A stretch of 64,000 bases of DNA from an uncultured Chloroflexia bacterium (GTDB lineage: Bacteria; Chloroflexota; Dehalococcoidia; DSTF01; JALHUB01): assembly GCA_963726245.1 (NCBI GenBank), contig CAVSBT010000015.1, forward strand, positions 96,001 to 160,000, written 5' to 3'. Below are positions 31,910 to 43,274 of the stretch, piece after piece. How positions within the stretch are numbered: the first letter of the stretch is position 1; each line of letters opens with the position of its first letter. The notes beneath the pieces are model-generated. The model saw only the letters and a program-made list of their open reading frames with translations. It did not search any database and was not told the DNA's origin. A program made the position numbers and the translations under genes.

Positions 31910-33016
31910 ATGAACCTGCGCATCCCCGGCCCGACGCCCTGCCCACCGGAAGTGCTGCAAGCGGTCGGGCGCCAGATGATCAACCACCGCGGACCGGAGT
32001 TCGCGGCCATGCTGGCGCGTATCGAGGATCGCGTCAAGCAGGTATATCAGACCAAGAACGAAGTCGCGCTCCTCACGTCGGGCGGTACCGGCGCCATGGA
32101 GGCCATCGTCGTCAACACCCTCTCGCCCGGCGACCACGTCCTCGGCGTCTCCATCGGGTCCTTCGGCGACCGCCTGGCGTCTATCGCTGAGACGTACGGC
32201 GCCGACGTGGTGCGCATGAAGGTCGACTGGGGCAAGGCTGCCGACGCCGCGGAGATCGACAAGGCCCTGGCCGCCGACCCGAAGGTCAAGGCCGTACTGG
32301 TGACGCACAACGAGACCTCCACCGGCGTCACCAACGACTTGGAGAGCATCGCCCGCGCCGTCCGCAAGCACGGCGACATCCTGATCCTGGTGGACGCCGT
32401 CAGCAGCCTGAGCTCAATCCCGCTGCCCGTGGACGAGTGGGACCTGGACGCGGTGGCCAGCGGCTCGCAGAAGGGGTGGATGGTGCCGCCCGGCGTTACC
32501 ATGGTCTCCATGAGCGACCGCGCGTGGGCGGCCTACAAGCAGGCGAAGATGCCGCGCTTCTACTTCGACGTTGGCAAGTCGCTGGACTACTCCAAGAATG
32601 GCCAGACACCCTGGACGCCGGCCGTTTCCATCTTCTTCGGCCTGGACGTGGCGCTGGACATGCTCCTGAAGGAAGGCATGGAGAAGGTCTTTGCCCGGCA
32701 CAAGAGGTGCGCCGACCTGGCCAGGGAAGGGTCGAAGAGCCTCGGGCTCCAGCTCTTCGCCGACGAGCGCTACGCCTCGAACACCGTCACCGCCGTGAAG
32801 GTGCCGGAGGGCGTCGATGGGAAAGCGCTCAACAAGATGCTGCGCGAAGAGTACGATACCGTGATCGGCGGCGGCCAGCAGCACCTGGCCGGAAAGATCT
32901 TCCGCATCGGCCACCTGGGTTGGGTGCACGAAGCGGACATCGAGAAGACGATAGAGGTCATCGCCAAGGCGCTGCCGAGGCTGGGGTACAGCCCCTCGCG
33001 GGCAGCCGCCTCTTAG
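31910..33016 (+). CDS. Class V PLP aminotransferase (alanine-glyoxylate/serine-pyruvate type; probably SerC role)
   Basis: IPGPT, HNETSTGV, VDAVSS, GSQKG, TPWTP and FRIGHLG; directly upstream of serA. Confidence 0.9.
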   Translation: MNLRIPGPTPCPPEVLQAVGRQMINHRGPEFAAMLARIEDRVKQVYQTKNEVALLTSGGTGAMEAIVVNTLSPGDHVLGVSIGSFGDRLASIAETYGADVVRMKVDWGKAADAAEIDKALAADPKVKAVLVTHNETSTGVTNDLESIARAVRKHGDILILVDAVSSLSSIPLPVDEWDLDAVASGSQKGWMVPPGVTMVSMSDRAWAAYKQAKMPRFYFDVGKSLDYSKNGQTPWTPAVSIFFGLDVALDMLLKEGMEKVFARHKRCADLAREGSKSLGLQLFADERYASNTVTAVKVPEGVDGKALNKMLREEYDTVIGGGQQHLAGKIFRIGHLGWVHEADIEKTIEVIAKALPRLGYSPSRAAAS

Positions 33017-33102
33017 TAACGAGGCCCGGCAGCGAACGACGAGAACAGCACCCGCCAGCCCCGAACCTACGGGAGGGGCTGGCGGGCCTTTAAGGGGGCG
33101 CC

Positions 33103-34683
33103 ATGCCAAAGGTACTCGTCAGCGACCCCATCGCACAGGACGGAATCGATGCCCTGGTCCCCCACGCCCAGGTGGACGTGCGGACGGGGCTCCCGCCGGA
33201 GGAGCTAATCGCCATCATCGGCGAGTACGACGCGCTCGTCGTGCGCAGCGAGACCAAGGTGACCGCGGAGGTCATCGAGGCGGGCAAGAAGCTCCAGGTC
33301 ATCGGCCGGGCGGGCGTGGGAGTGGACAACATCGATATCCAGGCCGCTACCCGCCGCGGCGTCATCGTCGTCAACGCCCCTTTGGGGAACACCGTCTCCG
33401 CCGCCGAGCACACCATTGGCCTCATGCTGGCCCTGGCACGCCACATCCCCGCCGCCAGCGCCTCGCTCAAGGAGGGCCGCTGGGAGCGCAAGCGCTTCCT
33501 GGGCATCGAGGTGCGGGGCAAGACGATGGGCATCATCGGTCTCGGTCAGGTGGGCTCCGAGGTGGCCCGTCGCGCCCGGGGGCTGGAGATGCTGGTCCTG
33601 GGCTACGACCCCTTCGTCTCCGAGGAGCGGGGTCATGTCCTGGGTGTGGAGATAGTCTCCTTCGAAGACCTCCTGAAGCGGGCCGATTTCATCAGCCTTC
33701 ACACGACACTCACGGCGGACACTCGCTCCCTAATCGGCGAGGAGCAGCTCAAGCTGGTCAAGCCTTCGGCGCGCATCATCAACACGGCCCGCGGCCCGCT
33801 CATCGACGAGGAAGCCCTCTGCCGGGCCATCGACGAGGGGCGGCTGGCCGGCGCAGCCATCGACGTCTTCGCCCAGGAGCCGCCGCCCCCCGACAGCCCC
33901 CTCCTCAAGAACGACCGTATCCTGGTGACGCCGCACCTGGGTGCCTCCACCACCGAGGCCCAGGAGCGCGTGGCGGTTGACGTGGCCGAGCAGATCGTCG
34001 CGATCTTCAAGGGCGAGCCCGCGCTCTACGCCGTGAACGCTCCGCTCATCGCGGCGGAGACCATGTCGGTGATCGCGCCCTACCTGGAGGTGGCGGTGAA
34101 GACGGCCTCGCTGGCGACCCAGCTTAGCGAGGGGCAGCTAGGGAAGATCGAGATCGAGTACCTGGGGGAGATCGCCAACCTCGACGTGACGCCCTTGAAG
34201 GCGGCTGTCATCCGCGGCCTCCTGTCGCCCGTCAGCGAAGAGAACGTCACCATCGTCAACGCCAACCTGGTGGCGGAGCACCGCGGGCTCCGCATCACTG
34301 AGCGCAAAGGCCCCTACGAGGGCATATACGCCAACCTCATCAGCGTCCGCCTCACCACCACGGCGGGGACGACGACGGTGGCCGGGACGATGGCTCACGA
34401 CGGCCCCCACGTGGTGTCCCTCAACGACTACTGGGTCGATATCCCACCGGACGACGTCTACCTGCTGATCTGCGAGAACGAGGACCGGCCCGGCATCATC
34501 GGGTTCATCGGTTCCTACCTGGGCCAGCACGACGTGAACATCAGCTTCATGCGCGTCGGCCGGGAGAAGGTCAGGGGCCGCGCCGTCATGGTCCTGGGCC
34601 TGGACGACTCGGTAACGGCAGCCCAACTCGAGGAGATCCAGCGCCTTCCCCACATCTTCTCTGCCCGCCTGGCGAGGATATAG
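33103..34683 (+). CDS. serA: D-3-phosphoglycerate dehydrogenase (with ASB and ACT domains)
   Basis: GRAGVGVDNID, GLGQVG, INTARG, TPHLGAST and DRPGIIG. Confidence 0.96.
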   Translation: MPKVLVSDPIAQDGIDALVPHAQVDVRTGLPPEELIAIIGEYDALVVRSETKVTAEVIEAGKKLQVIGRAGVGVDNIDIQAATRRGVIVVNAPLGNTVSAAEHTIGLMLALARHIPAASASLKEGRWERKRFLGIEVRGKTMGIIGLGQVGSEVARRARGLEMLVLGYDPFVSEERGHVLGVEIVSFEDLLKRADFISLHTTLTADTRSLIGEEQLKLVKPSARIINTARGPLIDEEALCRAIDEGRLAGAAIDVFAQEPPPPDSPLLKNDRILVTPHLGASTTEAQERVAVDVAEQIVAIFKGEPALYAVNAPLIAAETMSVIAPYLEVAVKTASLATQLSEGQLGKIEIEYLGEIANLDVTPLKAAVIRGLLSPVSEENVTIVNANLVAEHRGLRITERKGPYEGIYANLISVRLTTTAGTTTVAGTMAHDGPHVVSLNDYWVDIPPDDVYLLICENEDRPGIIGFIGSYLGQHDVNISFMRVGREKVRGRAVMVLGLDDSVTAAQLEEIQRLPHIFSARLARI

Positions 34684-34702
34684 CCCCACCCCCCGCCGCG
34701 CC

Positions 34703-34773
34703 CCAGGAACCAGGAACAAGGAACCAGGAACCAGAGAAAGTGGACGTTCCCTGGTTCCCGGTTCCAGGTTCCT
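34703..34773. repeat. Head-to-head heptamer arrays between convergent serA and DUF1015
   Basis: ccaggaa ccaggaa caaggaa ccaggaa followed by inverted gttccctggttcccggttccaggttcct. Confidence 0.75.
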
Positions 34774-36085
34774 ATTCCAGCGGGTACATCACGAGGCCGG
34801 TGGCCAGCTTGGGGTAGAAGAAGGTGGACTTCTGGGGCATGCGCTCGCCGGCGTCGGCGACGGCAAGAATCTGTTCGACCGGCGTGGGGTTGACCAGAAA
34901 GGCCAGCGGCGCCCGGCCGGAAGCGACGGTCTCCAGTGCCTCGACGGCGTCCTCCGTGTATTCCAAAGCGTCGCCGCGGGCGAGGCGGGCGGCGTCGATG
35001 CCCAACAGCCCCTCGAGCACCGCGTACTGGAGGAGGGCCACGTCCAGGGCGCGCCAGGCGGGCGGCGCGCCGGGCGGCAGGGAGGCGCGCAGGGCCTCGA
35101 CGTCGCGGGGCCGCAGCAGGCGCAGGCCGCTGGGGCCGGGCCCCACAGCGACGTAGGCCGGCCCCCGGTGAGCGGCCTCGGCGAGGCGGGCCAGCGCGTC
35201 GCGCAAGGGGGCCCCGCTGCCAAGGGGGCCGAGGTCCTCCACCAGGAAGAGCGCTTCGAAGCGGGCCGGAAGATCGTCGGGGACGGCGGTCAGGAGGACC
35301 ACGCGGTGAATGGGTAGCACCACCAGTCCGGCGTCCTCGGCGGCGGTGAGCGCCATGAAGGCGAAGTTCTCCGGCTCCTCGCCGCTCCAGTCAGGCGTGC
35401 GCCTCTCGTCCCGATAGGCGAGGGCCGTCTCGTAGCGATGGTGGCCGTCGGCGACGTACAGCGTGCGGTCACGGAAGAGGTCGCGGATGGCCTCCACGGA
35501 CGCCCCGTCGGCGACGCCGTAGAGGGTGTGCGTCTCGCCGCCGGGCTCGCTGGCCTGGGCCAGGGGCGCCTTTCCGACAGCCTCGCTGATGGCTGTCAAG
35601 CGGCGGCGGTCGGCGTCTCGGTAGAGGGCGAAGACGGGGCTGAAGCTCGTGCGGCAGTGACGGAGGAGCTGCAGGCGGTCCTCCTTGGGCGCCGTCAGGG
35701 TGTGCTCGTGAGGGCGCACCACGCCCTTCTCCCAGGGCTCCAGCCTGACCCCCGCCAGCAGCGAGCGACGGCGCAGGAGACGGCCTTCGCGGAAGAACTC
35801 CTGGTCGTAGACGTAGAAGGCGGGCTTCGGGTCGATGGCCAGGACGCCATCCGCCAGCCAGCGGCCGAGCGTGGCGGCGGCGCGAGTGTAGCGGTTGTCC
35901 TGGGGGGAATCGCCGGGTCGTTCGTCGGCCAGCTCCAGGCGGATGACGTTAGCCGGGTGGCGTCGCAGCAGGAAGCGCTGCGCCTCGGGCGAGACGACGT
36001 CGAAGGGGGGAGCGAGCAGGTCGGCGGGGTTGGCCGCGACCCCCGGTCGGTAGCGCAGGCCTCGGAAGGGGCGGACGTCAGCCAC
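34772..36085 (-). CDS. DUF1015 family protein
   Basis: [37 protein letters not shown] and [12 protein letters not shown]. Confidence 0.92.
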   Translation of the reverse strand: MADVRPFRGLRYRPGVAANPADLLAPPFDVVSPEAQRFLLRRHPANVIRLELADERPGDSPQDNRYTRAAATLGRWLADGVLAIDPKPAFYVYDQEFFREGRLLRRRSLLAGVRLEPWEKGVVRPHEHTLTAPKEDRLQLLRHCRTSFSPVFALYRDADRRRLTAISEAVGKAPLAQASEPGGETHTLYGVADGASVEAIRDLFRDRTLYVADGHHRYETALAYRDERRTPDWSGEEPENFAFMALTAAEDAGLVVLPIHRVVLLTAVPDDLPARFEALFLVEDLGPLGSGAPLRDALARLAEAAHRGPAYVAVGPGPSGLRLLRPRDVEALRASLPPGAPPAWRALDVALLQYAVLEGLLGIDAARLARGDALEYTEDAVEALETVASGRAPLAFLVNPTPVEQILAVADAGERMPQKSTFFYPKLATGLVMYPLE

Positions 36086-36134
36086 GGGGTCGCCTCCCGT
36101 CCGCGCGCTGGTCTCTCCCGCCCTTCGGCCCGCG

Positions 36135-36163
36135 TTGACGCAACGTCGGGGCCTCCCTAGAAT
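36135..36163 (+). promoter_or_regulatory. Sigma70-type promoter for the HIT gene
   Basis: TTGACG-17 nt-TAGAAT. Confidence 0.55.
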
Positions 36164-36218
36164 GACCGCGATTCGCCGTCGTAAGGAGGCCGGGGCCTCC
36201 GCGCCTGAATGCCTGCCT

Positions 36219-36542
36219 GTGACCCGCTACTGCACCTTCTGCCAGATCGTCGCCCATCAGGAGCCCGCCGACATCCTCTACGAGGACGAAGAGGTGGTGG
36301 TCTTCCGCAACCGCCTGCGCTGGGTGCCGGTGATGCTCGTCGTGGTCCCGCGCAGGCACGTGACTCAGGAGGAGCTCTGGCGCGACGTGGGACGCGTGGG
36401 CGAGGTCGCTGTGCAGATGGGGCTCACTCACTGCCCGAAGGGCTTCCGGCTCGTTTCCAACCTGGGTCCCGATGCCATGCAGAGCCAGCAGCACGGGCAC
36501 GTCCACGTCCTTGGGGGCACGTTCCTCGGCGAGTACGCGTAG
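36219..36542 (+). CDS. HIT family protein (start uncertain)
   Basis: CTFCQIV...ILYEDE...VPRRH...[13 protein letters not shown] histidine triad. Confidence 0.85.
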   Translation: MTRYCTFCQIVAHQEPADILYEDEEVVVFRNRLRWVPVMLVVVPRRHVTQEELWRDVGRVGEVAVQMGLTHCPKGFRLVSNLGPDAMQSQQHGHVHVLGGTFLGEYA

Positions 36543-36547
36543 AGCCC

Positions 36548-37305
36548 TCACCCTTCCGCAGGGATGCCGATCTTGGCCGAGGGCCCGCTTCTGTGCCTTG
36601 AACAGGCCCTGTATGCCCTCCCGAGCCAGGGCGAGCAACTCATCCATCATCTCTCTTGAGAAGGGGTTGCCCTCGGCGGCGCCCTGGACCTCCACGAAGC
36701 GCCCGTCGTCGGTCATGACCACGTTAAAGTCGACCTCGGCCTGGGAATCCTCCTCGTAGCAGAGGTCGAGCAAGGCAACGTCCCCTACCAGCCCCACGCT
36801 TGCGGCGGCGACGGCTCCCTTCACCGGCAGCGACGACACGTGTCCCTTTGCCACCAGCGTCTGCAGGGCCTGACAGAGCGCCACGTAGGAGCCGGTGATG
36901 GCCGCCGTCCGGGTGCCGCCGTCGGCCTGGATCACGTCGCAGTCCACGACGAAGGTGCGCTCGCCGAGGAGGTCGAGGTTGGCGACGGCGCGCAGCGAGC
37001 GGCCGATGAGACGCTGGATCTCCTGACTGCGCCCCGCCTGGCGGCCGGTAACGGCCTCGCGAGGGCGTGCGCGTGGCGGTGGAACGGGGCAGCATGCCGT
37101 ACTCGGCGGTGATCCAGCCGCTGCCCGTGCCGCGCAGGAACTGGGGGAGCCGGTCCTCGATGCTGACGGCGCAGAGCACCATCGTGGTCCCCAGCTCGAT
37201 AAGGGCCGAGCCCTCGGCGTGCGCCAGGTACCCGCCGGTGATGCGTACCGGCCGCATCTCGTTGCGACGGCGTCCGTCCTTGCGCTGAAAGGGGCTAGCG
37301 GCCAT
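36548..37305 (-). CDS. rph: Ribonuclease PH, frameshifts near 37065 and 36580
   Basis: [58 protein letters not shown] and EVQG. Confidence 0.93.
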
Positions 37306-37359
37306 GAGACCTCTTCGAACCTGAGGGCGGTGACGCGGTGAGGGGAGTATAGCACCCCC

Positions 37360-39814
37360 TCAGGGGGGCGGGGAAGCGGTGGGGGAGGGGGTCGCCGCCC
37401 TGTCCACCTCCACCCACAGGTGCTCGCCGTCCGTCGATAGCTTGACGCGGCCGTTCAGGTCCGTGCGGTAGACCTGGCTGTCCGCCAGCCGCGCCAGCAC
37501 CTGCGGCGAGGGCTGACCGTAGGTGTTGTCCGCGCCCACGGAGATGACGGCGACGGCCGGATCGACGGCGGCCAGCAGTGAGGCGCTGGTGGCGTTGGCG
37601 GCGCCGTGGTGGGGCACCTTGAGCACCGTGGACCGCAGATCCTCGCCCTCGTTGAGCAGGGCCTCCTCGCCCGCCTTCTCCAGGTCGCCGGGGAGGAGGA
37701 AGCTCACGCCGCCCCACGTCAGGCGGAGGACGACCGAGTTGTTGTTCAGCCTGTCGTCGCGGCCCTGAACGGGCTCCGCCGGCGGGCCCAGCACCTCCAG
37801 GCGGGCGCCGTCGCCGAGGTCGAACCACTCGCCGGGGGCGGCCTCGTCGTAAGGGGCGCCTTCGCGCTCCGACGGCCTGACGCCAGGCGTCGTACTCCGC
37901 CGAGTCGCTCTGAACCGGGCCGGCGAGGACGCGCCTCACGTCGTAGCGTTCCAGGACCGTCACGAGCCCGTTGAGGTGGTCCGCCTCCGGGTGGGTGAGC
38001 ACAACCAGGTCGAAGCCCTTGTCCCAGAAGGGCGTCTCGCGGCCGAGGGCCTCGGTGATGGCGCGACTGCTGGGCCCGCCGTCGACCAGGATGCGGTGCC
38101 CGGCCGGGTCCTCGATGAGGATGGCGTCTCCCTGACCCACGTCCATGACGGTCACGGTGAGGTGGTCGCTGGAGGGGGTCAGGGCCGCCCACCAGAGCAG
38201 GCCTCCGGCCAGGGCCAGGCCTCCCGCGAGCCAGGGCGTCGGCACCAGTCGCAGGGGCGTCGCCGCGCGGCGCGCCGGACTCGCCGTAACAGAGAACGCG
38301 CGGCCCAGCAACGCCTGGCCAGGCCTGTCGGGCAGCATCCACCAGACCAGGAGGCCGATGGCGGCGTAGAGGATGACAGCGTGCCCCATGCCGAAGCTGG
38401 GCACTGCGAGCGAGGCCAGCGGCAGGTCGGCCAGGCGGCTCGCCACGGCCACCAGATAGGCCAGGAACGGCCAGGCGGCCCAGGCCCCAATACCTCCCAG
38501 AGGGCCCCAAACGGCGCCCGCCGCCGCGTCGAGGCCGCTCAGGAGGAGCATCAGCGGGAACGCCGGCAGCACCAGCAGGTTGGCCAGAGGCGCTACCAGG
38601 GAGATTCGCTGGAAGTTGAAGGCGATGATGGGCAGGGTCGCGGCTATGGCCGCCAGGGTGACGGACAGGTTCTCCACTGTCATGCCGGCGATGCCTCCCT
38701 GAAGCCGTTCCGACGTGCCGACCAGCGGAGACAGGGCTTGCTGCAGACGAAGTCGAATGGCGGGCGACAGGTACACCAGGCCCACGGTGGCCGCGAAGCT
38801 GAGCTGGAAGGAGACGTCGCGCACGATCAGCGGCTGATGGGCGGTCATGAGGGCCGCCGCCAGGACGATGGCCGTGAGGGCGCTGCCCGGGCGTCCCACC
38901 AGGGTCGCTACCAGGAAGAGGCCGCCCATGATGGCCGCCCTCACCACCGACGGCGTGGCGCCAGTCAGTACGGTATAGGCGGCGATGGCGAGAAGGGCGG
39001 CCAGGGCGGCGTTTCGCCGGCCCAGCAGCCAGCCCAGCGAGCCCAGGACGAGGCCGGCCACCACCGTCACGTTGTAGCCGGAGATAGCGATGAGATGGGA
39101 GAGGCTGGTGCTGTTTAGGGCGTCGGTTAGGGACGGCCCAAGGGCGGAGCGGCTGCCCAGGAGGATGCCCTGAGCCAGCGACGCCTCCGGATCAGGCAGG
39201 GATGCTGCCAGGGCGTCGCTGAGGCGCTGGCGGATGCCGTGGACGACCTCCAGCAGGGGGTTGCCCTGGCCGGACGCCAGCGGGCGGACGTCGGGGTAGT
39301 CCGTCAGGGAGCCGATGCCCTGTCGAGCCAGGTAGTCGCGGTAGTTGAAGTCCTCGAGGACGGGCGGCGTCTCGAGCTTGCCCTCCACCTCCAGCAGGTC
39401 GCCGTAGCGATAGCGGGGCAGCGGGCTGCTGCGCAGGAGGACGCCGCCGGACGTCTCCTCCCAGGCGCCGTCGACCCACACCTCACGCGCCGACAGCCGT
39501 ATGCGGGCCGACGTGCCGCGCTGATCCGGCTCGTCGCTGACCAGAGCGCGAAAGCGCACGGCTGGGCCGTCGTTGTAGGCGGCGATGCCGCCGGGCTCGC
39601 TAGGTGGGCGGGCCTGCTCGTAGCGCCACATGCCTCCGAGGATGAGGAGGCCGGCGGCGAGACCGAGGGCCAGGGGTGCCAGACGGCGCGTCGAGAGGGC
39701 AGCGGCGATGCCCAGACCCGGCCCGAGCAGAGCGAGGGGCCAGGGCGTGCCGGCGGCCAGGGAGGCCGTTACCAGGCCGAGGAGCCAGGCGCCGCCGAGG
39801 TAGACCAGCGTCAA
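37360..39814 (-). CDS. comEC: ComEC/Rec2 competence protein with metallo-beta-lactamase domain, frameshift near 37865
   Basis: [50 protein letters not shown] and YRTDLNG. Confidence 0.92.
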
Positions 39815-40386
39815 GGCGAGACCGTGATCAAGAGCTTGATCTTCTCGTAGGTGGCGCGAGGGATGAGCTTGCGGGTCACCAGTTCCTCGGTGCTCTGGAA
39901 GAGGCCGCCGGCGGCGCGGGCGTCGACGATGCGGTTGGAGTAGGCCTCGCCGATGCCGGGCAGGGAGTCGAGGTCGGCCGCTGAGGCGGTGTTGATGTCG
40001 ATGGGAGCGTCACTGGCGGAGGCGGGAGTCGCCTGGCCGGCGGCCGGCTGATCTCCGGCTCTCGGCACCACCACCTGATCCTCGTCGTGGACGCGGCGGG
40101 CCAGGTTGAGGGTCACCAGGTCGGCGTCTGGCGACGGCCCGCCGGCCGCCTCCACGGCGTCGACCACGCGGTCGCCGTCGTGCAGGGCATAGACGCCGGG
40201 TGTGGCGACGGCGCCGGTGACGTGCACCATGATCTCGGCATTGGAGGCTGGCGCGTCGCCGACCTGCAGCTCGAGAGGCGGCGGCCCTTCACGATGGCGG
40301 ATGACGAAGAAGATCAGGCCGAGGACGGCGACGACGGCCAGGACAGAGAGTAGAGGGGTTCGGTAGCGTTCGAGCCACGCCGGCAT
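39811..40386 (-). CDS. comEA: ComEA DNA-binding protein (SLBB plus HhH)
   Basis: TM anchor, VHVTGAVATPGVY, RVVDAVEAAGG and IDINTAS...LPGIG. Confidence 0.9.
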   Translation of the reverse strand: MPAWLERYRTPLLSVLAVVAVLGLIFFVIRHREGPPPLELQVGDAPASNAEIMVHVTGAVATPGVYALHDGDRVVDAVEAAGGPSPDADLVTLNLARRVHDEDQVVVPRAGDQPAAGQATPASASDAPIDINTASAADLDSLPGIGEAYSNRIVDARAAGGLFQSTEELVTRKLIPRATYEKIKLLITVSP

Positions 40387-40573
40387 GGGCCTCCCCGCCT
40401 TCGCTACCTGGCCCGCCCCCGGCAGGCACAGCGTCCACCGTCGGCCCGAAGGCCGCCAATACTTAATACTGCTGCGGCGGCTTCGTCAAGAGGTGAGGGG
40501 GACAAGGGCCAGGCGTCGCTGCCCATGGCTTGGATGACCTGTCAGTCGATGACACGCATCCGATAATAGACAC

Positions 40574-42118
40574 GTGAGTACGACGGCAGTGCGACCCGCC
40601 TCGGTGCTGAGATCATCAGTGGCCACCAGGGCTCTTGTGTATGCCCCCGTCCTGCTCGCGGTGGTGCTGGTCGTGCTGTTCCAGTTGCCGTTCATCCACG
40701 AGCCGATGGAGGACGACGAAGGGGTCTACTTCACGGTGGCGGCTTCCGGTGATCTCCCGTACGTCAGCGCCTTCGATCACAAGCCTCCCGTTATCTATGG
40801 CTGGTACCGGCTGGCTCTGCTCCTGAATCGCGGCGTCGCCTCGGCAGCGCTGGTGCACGGGATGGCTGCCGCGCTGCTGGCGTTGACGGCGCTGGCCGCG
40901 TACGCGACAGGTCGGGCTATCGCCAACCATCGCCTTGGGGTGCTCGCAGCCCTTGCGTTTAGCCTCTTCACGGCGGACCAGTATTTGCAGTTCAACGCCA
41001 ACACTGAGGCGTTCGGACTGCTGCCGCTGTCGCTCTCCTTGCTGATGTTCGTCGTCGGCTGGCGGCGGGGCGGCGCTGGCTGGTTTGCGCTGGCCGGCGT
41101 CTTCGGCGCCCTGGCCGCTCTCACCAAGACAAGCATGGCCTTCAACATACTGGCGCTGCTTGCCTTTCTCGCCTGGATGGGGTTGGAGCGCGAGCGGCCC
41201 TGGCGGGCCATTTCGATTGCCTCAACGGCAGTGGTCGCTGGCGCGGGCGCTGTTGCGGGCTTGGCCGTGTTGCCTTGGGTCGTGGCGGGTCACTTCAGCG
41301 ACTTCTGGTTCGCCAACGTCACCTACAACCTGAAGTATGGGGCGATGTTGGGGTCCGCCCGCGTATTGAACGTAGCACAGGTGCAACAGGCGGCGATAAC
41401 AGGTGGCCTGATCCTGTGGCTGCTGGCGGTCATAGGCGGCGTGGCAGGGCGATTGCCGCGGAACATGAAGCTATTGACGCTACTCTGGCTGGCTGGGTCC
41501 TTCGTGGGCGTCTCCTGGACGGGGGAACAGTTCGGACACTACTACGTCCAGCTCATTCCCGGCGCCGACCTGCTCGTCGCGGTTGCTCTTATGTGGTTCG
41601 CCTCGCGGTGGTCGGAGTTTCGCTTTCGACTGCGCACGTACGTGGTGATGGTGCCCGTGGTGAGCGTCACGCTGCTCTCGCTTTCGTTGGTGTACCTGGC
41701 CTCGGACGTGGGCACCGCTCACGTCATCAAGTACGGAGACGCAGTGTACGCAAGGCGCAACGCCGCGGCGGACGTAGTAGCGGAACGCGTGGTCGCCCTG
41801 ACCAGAGATGGAGACACCATCTACAACCTGGGCTGGGAGTCTGAGCTCTATGCGCTGACGGGCCGCGCTCCTGCGGCACGCGTGTTCCGCATATCGAATG
41901 TCGGTGTCGCTCCTGAGCTTCTTGATGAGGTTCTTGCCGACCTGGAAGCGGCGCCGCCTGCTCTGATCGCCGACTCTTCGTTTGAAGTCGGTCCAGGCGG
42001 CGATCGGTACAGCAGGCTACCAAGGTCGGTCAAGGAAGCGTTCGGCTCGTTCATCAGCACACACTACGAGTTCGTCGAGACCGTCGAGTTCGCCGATATC
42101 TATCGCCTTCGTGACTGA
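40574..42118 (+). CDS. GT-C fold glycosyltransferase (family 39/ArnT-like)
   Basis: DDEGVYF, PY...DHKPP, NTE and HYYVQL; many TM segments; codon usage less GC3-biased than neighbours. Confidence 0.75.
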   Translation: MSTTAVRPASVLRSSVATRALVYAPVLLAVVLVVLFQLPFIHEPMEDDEGVYFTVAASGDLPYVSAFDHKPPVIYGWYRLALLLNRGVASAALVHGMAAALLALTALAAYATGRAIANHRLGVLAALAFSLFTADQYLQFNANTEAFGLLPLSLSLLMFVVGWRRGGAGWFALAGVFGALAALTKTSMAFNILALLAFLAWMGLERERPWRAISIASTAVVAGAGAVAGLAVLPWVVAGHFSDFWFANVTYNLKYGAMLGSARVLNVAQVQQAAITGGLILWLLAVIGGVAGRLPRNMKLLTLLWLAGSFVGVSWTGEQFGHYYVQLIPGADLLVAVALMWFASRWSEFRFRLRTYVVMVPVVSVTLLSLSLVYLASDVGTAHVIKYGDAVYARRNAAADVVAERVVALTRDGDTIYNLGWESELYALTGRAPAARVFRISNVGVAPELLDEVLADLEAAPPALIADSSFEVGPGGDRYSRLPRSVKEAFGSFISTHYEFVETVEFADIYRLRD

Positions 42119-42165
42119 GGCCGCACGCGTCGGACGGCCGCCATCATGAAGCCTCTCCCTATCCG

Positions 42166-42193
42166 TTGAGACTCCGATCACCTGTGCTATACT
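42166..42193 (+). promoter_or_regulatory. Promoter of the argF-cdaA-cdaR-der-plsY run
   Basis: TTGAGA-16 nt-TATACT with TGTG extended -10. Confidence 0.5.
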
Positions 42194-42223
42194 AGCGGCA
42201 CCAAACGGGGAAGGCGTCCGTCC

Positions 42224-43147
42224 GTGAGAGGGAGAGACCTCCTTTCCATTGTCGATCTAACGCCGGAAGAGCTGCTCGGGGTGCTGGAGATGGCGCTGCG
42301 CACGAAGCGGGACGGCTGCGCACCGCTGCTCCAGGGCAAGACACTGGCGCTGCTCTTCGAGAAGGCATCCCTACGCACGCGCGTCAGCTTCGACGTGGCG
42401 ATGCAGCAATTGGGCGGCCACGCCGTCTACCTTTCACAGGCCGAGGTGGGGTTGGGGCAGCGGGAGTCGGTGGCCGACATCGCGCGGGTGTTGAGCCGCT
42501 ACGTGGACGCCATCGCGGCGCGGACCTTCGCTCAGTCCACCCTGGAGACCCTGGCGAAGTACGCCACGGTGCCGGTCATCAACGCCCTCTCGGATGACGA
42601 GCATCCTTGCCAGGCGGCGGCCGACCTGCTGACCATCTACGAGAAGAAGGGGCGCTGCGCGGGGCTGTCGCTGGCCTTTGTGGGCGATGGCAACAACGTC
42701 GCGGCGTCGCTGGCCCAGGGTTCGGCCATGGTGGGCATGAACTTCACCATCAGCTCGCCGGACGGCTACGGTCTGCCGGCGCCGATCATGAGCCAGGCGG
42801 AGCGGGTGGCCTCCCTGACCGGGGCTTCGATAAGGGTCACGGCCCTTCCCGAGGAGGCCGTGCGCGGCGCCGACGTCATCTACACCGACGTGTGGACGAG
42901 CATGGGCCAGGAGGACCAGCACCTGGAGCGCCTGCGGGCCTTCGAGGGATACCAGGTGAACCAGCGACTGCTCTCCCTGGCCGCCCCCGGCGCCATCTTC
43001 ATGCACGACCTGCCCGCCCATCGAGGGGAGGAGACCGTGGATGAAGTAATCGATGGCCCCCAGTCCGTTGTCTTTGACCAGGCGGAGAACCGCCTTCACG
43101 CTCAGAGAGCCATTCTAGCCCTGCTGATGGGGGAGGAGGCGGGCTAA
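42224..43147 (+). CDS. argF: Ornithine carbamoyltransferase
   Basis: FEKASLRTRVSF, HPCQ, GDGNNV, YTDVWTSMG, HDLPAHRG and QAENRLH. Confidence 0.95.
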   Translation: MRGRDLLSIVDLTPEELLGVLEMALRTKRDGCAPLLQGKTLALLFEKASLRTRVSFDVAMQQLGGHAVYLSQAEVGLGQRESVADIARVLSRYVDAIAARTFAQSTLETLAKYATVPVINALSDDEHPCQAAADLLTIYEKKGRCAGLSLAFVGDGNNVAASLAQGSAMVGMNFTISSPDGYGLPAPIMSQAERVASLTGASIRVTALPEEAVRGADVIYTDVWTSMGQEDQHLERLRAFEGYQVNQRLLSLAAPGAIFMHDLPAHRGEETVDEVIDGPQSVVFDQAENRLHAQRAILALLMGEEAG

Positions 43148-43274
43148 CCGGGGCTCCGGCGGGAAAGCGCGCCTCGACGCGCATCGAAGCCCTGGGGCGC
43201 CCGAAGAGGTCCGCCTAGGCGGACCCGCGACACCTGTCCCCCTGCCGTCGAGCGGGCTGCTGACGGTCAGGCCC

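Noticed and set aside
34703-34773. CRISPR array (also considered for 16482-16530 and 5440-5930)
   Set aside because: Units are contiguous 7-mers or absent; there is no repeat-spacer periodicity and no cas gene
43148-43274. c-di-AMP (ydaO) riboswitch upstream of cdaA
   Set aside because: The conserved ydaO sequence blocks are not recognisable; only an 18-bp palindrome is present
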